Part shown: one piece after another, positions 15,945-18,450 of the stretch | How positions within the stretch are numbered: the first letter of the stretch is position 1 | Layout: every line of letters starts with the position of its first letter | From: Candidatus Undinarchaeota archaeon | Lineage (GTDB): Archaea; SpSt-1190 | NCBI GenBank assembly: GCA_964549355.1 | Contig: CAZJUS010000016.1 | Coordinates: 1-18,450 of the forward strand | DNA length: 18,450 nt | Reading direction: 5' to 3' | Notes under the pieces: model-generated | The model's input: only the letters and a program-made list of their open reading frames with translations | The model's database searches: none | Told to the model about the DNA's origin: nothing | Translations under genes and position numbers: made by a program

Positions 15945-16452
15945 CGCTCCGCAGGACCAGATTCTGAAAGCCATTGACGAGCTTCAGGACAAATACCGCG
16001 GGCCCATTCATATCCATCTCGATTCCGAGGCAGGGACTGTCTTGATGACTGTGGAGGGCAGATATATTGAAGACCTTTGGATGCTTGGCAAGGGCGAGCT
16101 GAGCCATGCGGAGCTGCGCACGCTGGCCACCATAGCTTTCTATGAGCCCGTCCGCCAGAGCGAGATTGTGAAGGCCCGGGGCAACAGGGCGTATGAGCAC
16201 ATAAGGACGCTGGCCGATATGGGGCTCCTCAGCGCGTCCCCGCAGGGCAACACCAAAGTTTTAAGACTGACCCGCAAGTTCTATGACTACTTTGGTGATG
16301 ATGTTGCTGAGCGGATTAGGAGTTCACCGGTTGTTGTTAAATCTAAAAGGAAAGCCGGGCCTGCAGGACCCGCCCCGGAAGCCTCTGAGGAGGGTGGGCA
16401 GGATATGGCGGAAGGGGTCGATATTCGTATTCGAGACGTCCGGCGAAACTAA
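15853..16452 (+). CDS. scpB: Segregation and condensation protein B (kite subunit)
   Basis: 'VEAALFMAG', 'ELSHAELRTLATIAFYEPVRQSEIVKARGNRAYEHIRTL...GL', 'LTRKFYDYFG'. Confidence 0.93.
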   Translation: MEASELENWVEAALFMAGKRLAIEELSKILNAPQDQILKAIDELQDKYRGPIHIHLDSEAGTVLMTVEGRYIEDLWMLGKGELSHAELRTLATIAFYEPVRQSEIVKARGNRAYEHIRTLADMGLLSASPQGNTKVLRLTRKFYDYFGDDVAERIRSSPVVVKSKRKAGPAGPAPEASEEGGQDMAEGVDIRIRDVRRN

Positions 16453-17206
16453 ATTTTTGATAGTCCGCCCCGGCGGCTTCTATTTTTCAAACTATGCTCC
16501 GCGGGCCGATAGAAAACCCGGCGGAGGTGCAGATTCTTTCTGCATGCTCCTGCGCAAGCTCTTCAGCGGGAAATTTTTGGAGGACATCCGGCAGGTCAAC
16601 GGCGACAGGATAATCCAGCTCAAGTTTGCGGGGTGCGACCTTTCAATAATTGCGGAGCTTTTCGGCAGGGGCAATCTGGTGGTGGTGGATTCGCACGGCA
16701 TAATCCAGCACGCTTTGGCTTTTAGGTCCTGGAAGTCCCGGGAAATCCGGAAGGGCGTTGAATACACTCCTCCCCCCTTCACTGACTGGTTCTCCATGAG
16801 CAGGTCTGAGCTGGCCGGCTACATCAAGGGCCTGGACAAGGCCGAGGCGTCCCGGAAGCTCGGGCTCGGCAAAGCAGTTGAAGACGTCTGGGATGCCGAT
16901 GCAGACAAATTCGCCGGCAGGCTCCTGGAGCTTGTAGGCACCCCTCTGAAATTTGAAGAGGTGGAAGCGGGCTTCAAGAAGCTGGATTCTGAGGCGCTGG
17001 ACTCCGAGCGGAAGCAGGAGCTTTCGGAGAAAACAAAGGCACTCGAAAAAAGCCTGGAGGAGAACAGGAAGCTGATTGAAGCCTACAGGCGGGAGGCTGC
17101 GGAGCTCCGCAGGCTTGCCGAAGCCATCTTCATGGACCTGGGGGCGTGGGATTTGAAGCTGGCGGAGGCCCGCTCAAAAGGTAAGAAAAGGTTAAAAGTC
17201 TCCTGA
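16298..17206 (+). CDS. NFACT-N domain protein (Rqc2/RqcH/FbpA family), N-terminal half only
   Basis: 'FCMLLRKLFSG..LEDIRQVNGDRII.L', 'IIAELFGRGNLVVVD', 'REIRKGVEYTPPP', short HhH-like 'KLGLG' and one coiled-coil arm. About 300 aa with no NFACT-R domain. Start placed at 16298-16304 from the GGTGAT SD-like sequence and similarity to the family's first helix. Confidence 0.85.
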   Translation: MMLLSGLGVHRLLLNLKGKPGLQDPPRKPLRRVGRIWRKGSIFVFETSGETKFLIVRPGGFYFSNYAPRADRKPGGGADSFCMLLRKLFSGKFLEDIRQVNGDRIIQLKFAGCDLSIIAELFGRGNLVVVDSHGIIQHALAFRSWKSREIRKGVEYTPPPFTDWFSMSRSELAGYIKGLDKAEASRKLGLGKAVEDVWDADADKFAGRLLELVGTPLKFEEVEAGFKKLDSEALDSERKQELSEKTKALEKSLEENRKLIEAYRREAAELRRLAEAIFMDLGAWDLKLAEARSKGKKRLKVS

Positions 17207-17218
17207 ACTGCCTATTCT

Positions 17219-18394
17219 GTGGTTCCCCGGAAGGACATAATCCTGGTCGTATTCCTGACCCTTCTCGGTTTCGCTGCCGTGCCTTTTTCAAACCTGCCCT
17301 ATATGGACGCCCACATTGTCTTTGCCCTCGAGGGCATCTTCCTTTCCTTGTTTGTGGCTGCGACTGTTTTCCTGCGCTCTCTGCGGAGGGGCTTCATGGT
17401 GACTTTTGCGTCCATGCTCACTGTGGCATACCTGTCCCTGCTCCATATACTGCTCTTTCCGCGCTACGACCCAGTCGCCCCGGTCTCCTATTTTGCTGTT
17501 GCCTTCTTTTCATTTTTCATCAGCCTCTTTGTGGCCTACCGCCACTACACCAGCAGGAAGCCCCTGTACCAGGTGTATGAGGCCCATAAACCTGCCCTTG
17601 CAGCAGTATTCGTCACCTTCTTGGTGGTCTCTTTTGTTTTGTCGTTCCAGGACATACTCTACCAGTTCGGCCTCCTGATGATGGCGGGCGTGGCCCTCTC
17701 TTACCTGACCTTCCTTTTCATCTTCGCCCCAATGGTCCGCATAGACAAATGGTTCGGCAGGACTGAGGAGCTTGATGACAGGGAGAAGAGGACATACAAT
17801 TTTGTCAAGAAATACGGCAAGACCAAGGACGTCTATCCTTTCTTTGCCTCCTGGCTCGGCGCTGCAGTGGCCGACATCGAGAATTACATAGACAGCCTCG
17901 AGGCCAAGGGGTACATGGGCCACAATTTCTTCTCATTCCAGAACCTCTGCTATTGGTTTTTGACTTCCATCTCATTTGCCATGGGCGTAACCGCTTCCGG
18001 CAGAAGCCTGGGGGACTATGTCTTCCCTTTTCTGCTGTTTGTAACAGGCATCGGCCTGATTGGGCCTCAGACGTTTTTCCAAAGGCTGTTCAGGAGGTCC
18101 CTCGGCCTCTTTATGCTCCTGGCTTCCCTGGTCTATTTCTACATGGCAGGCACGGGCATCTTTAGGATAGCGGCCGTCTCAGCCCTCCTGGCCGTTGTCT
18201 CCATATACTTCGCCTACCGCGATGATGAGACCGTGTCCATAGTGTTTGCATCCTTCTTTGTAGGGGCCCTCTATGTGATGGGCCGTTCGGCCTACCTGCC
18301 ATTCTTCATCAGGACCCCGATGCCTTGGGTCATAACCCTGGTGACCATGATGGTGCTCCTCCACCACTTGTATGTCAAGGAGCAGTTTTATTAA
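17219..18394 (+). CDS. Polytopic membrane protein of unknown function (RND/SecF-like TM bundle, central wHTH-like domain, second TM bundle)
   Basis: About 6 TM helices, then a soluble segment 'LDDREKRTYNFVKKYG...FASWLG....DIENYIDSLEAKGYM', then about 5-6 more TM helices. The CDS is well supported; the domain calls are pattern-based. Confidence 0.7.
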   Translation: MVPRKDIILVVFLTLLGFAAVPFSNLPYMDAHIVFALEGIFLSLFVAATVFLRSLRRGFMVTFASMLTVAYLSLLHILLFPRYDPVAPVSYFAVAFFSFFISLFVAYRHYTSRKPLYQVYEAHKPALAAVFVTFLVVSFVLSFQDILYQFGLLMMAGVALSYLTFLFIFAPMVRIDKWFGRTEELDDREKRTYNFVKKYGKTKDVYPFFASWLGAAVADIENYIDSLEAKGYMGHNFFSFQNLCYWFLTSISFAMGVTASGRSLGDYVFPFLLFVTGIGLIGPQTFFQRLFRRSLGLFMLLASLVYFYMAGTGIFRIAAVSALLAVVSIYFAYRDDETVSIVFASFFVGALYVMGRSAYLPFFIRTPMPWVITLVTMMVLLHHLYVKEQFY

Positions 18395-18396
18395 CC

Positions 18397-18448
18397 CGAG
18401 CTTTGCGAAGCTCGACCACGGTGGCTGTCTCGCTTCGCTCGACAGCCA
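18397..18448. other. Two adjacent GC-rich hairpins (REP-like palindromes or terminator)
   Basis: CGAGCTT-TGCG-AAGCTCG (18397-18414) and TGGCTGTC-TCGCTTCGCTC-GACAGCCA (18422-18448), directly after the stop codon. Confidence 0.7.
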
Positions 18449-18450
18449 GC

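Noticed and set aside
17219..17760. Calling the last gene secF or an MMPL transporter
   Set aside because: Only a loose TM-pattern resemblance; the extracellular domain and conserved acidic residues are missing and no secD is adjacent.

Overview
A very gene-dense archaeal chromosomal segment. Archaeal-type uL16/L10e, stand-alone Kae1, PCNA, Rpa3, Hef and TATA-box promoters show it is archaeal. The compact proteins and overlapping genes suggest a DPANN-like streamlined genome (inference). In order: the 3' part of a large S-layer protein gene with a hairpin/poly-T terminator; rpl10e; a small winged-helix protein; kae1 (-); a three-gene surface-glycan operon (processive GT2, membrane-anchored thioredoxin-fold protein, GT-C); pcn and rpa3 (-); a secreted membrane-anchored protein; a 34-codon membrane ORF missing from the ORF track; hef (-); and a long + strand run (MscS-type TM-helix protein, MBL hydrolase, transglutaminase-like surface protein, AI-2E permease, scpA, scpB, a half-length NFACT/Rqc2 protein, and a membrane protein with an embedded winged helix). 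No rRNA, tRNA, CRISPR array or transposase was seen. The strongest leads are the truncated or split Rqc2/RqcH dual-coded with scpB, the RND/SecF-like + wHTH membrane protein, the GT2-thioredoxin-GT-C module and the small ORF coupled to hef. All family calls come from motif recognition by eye, not database searches.
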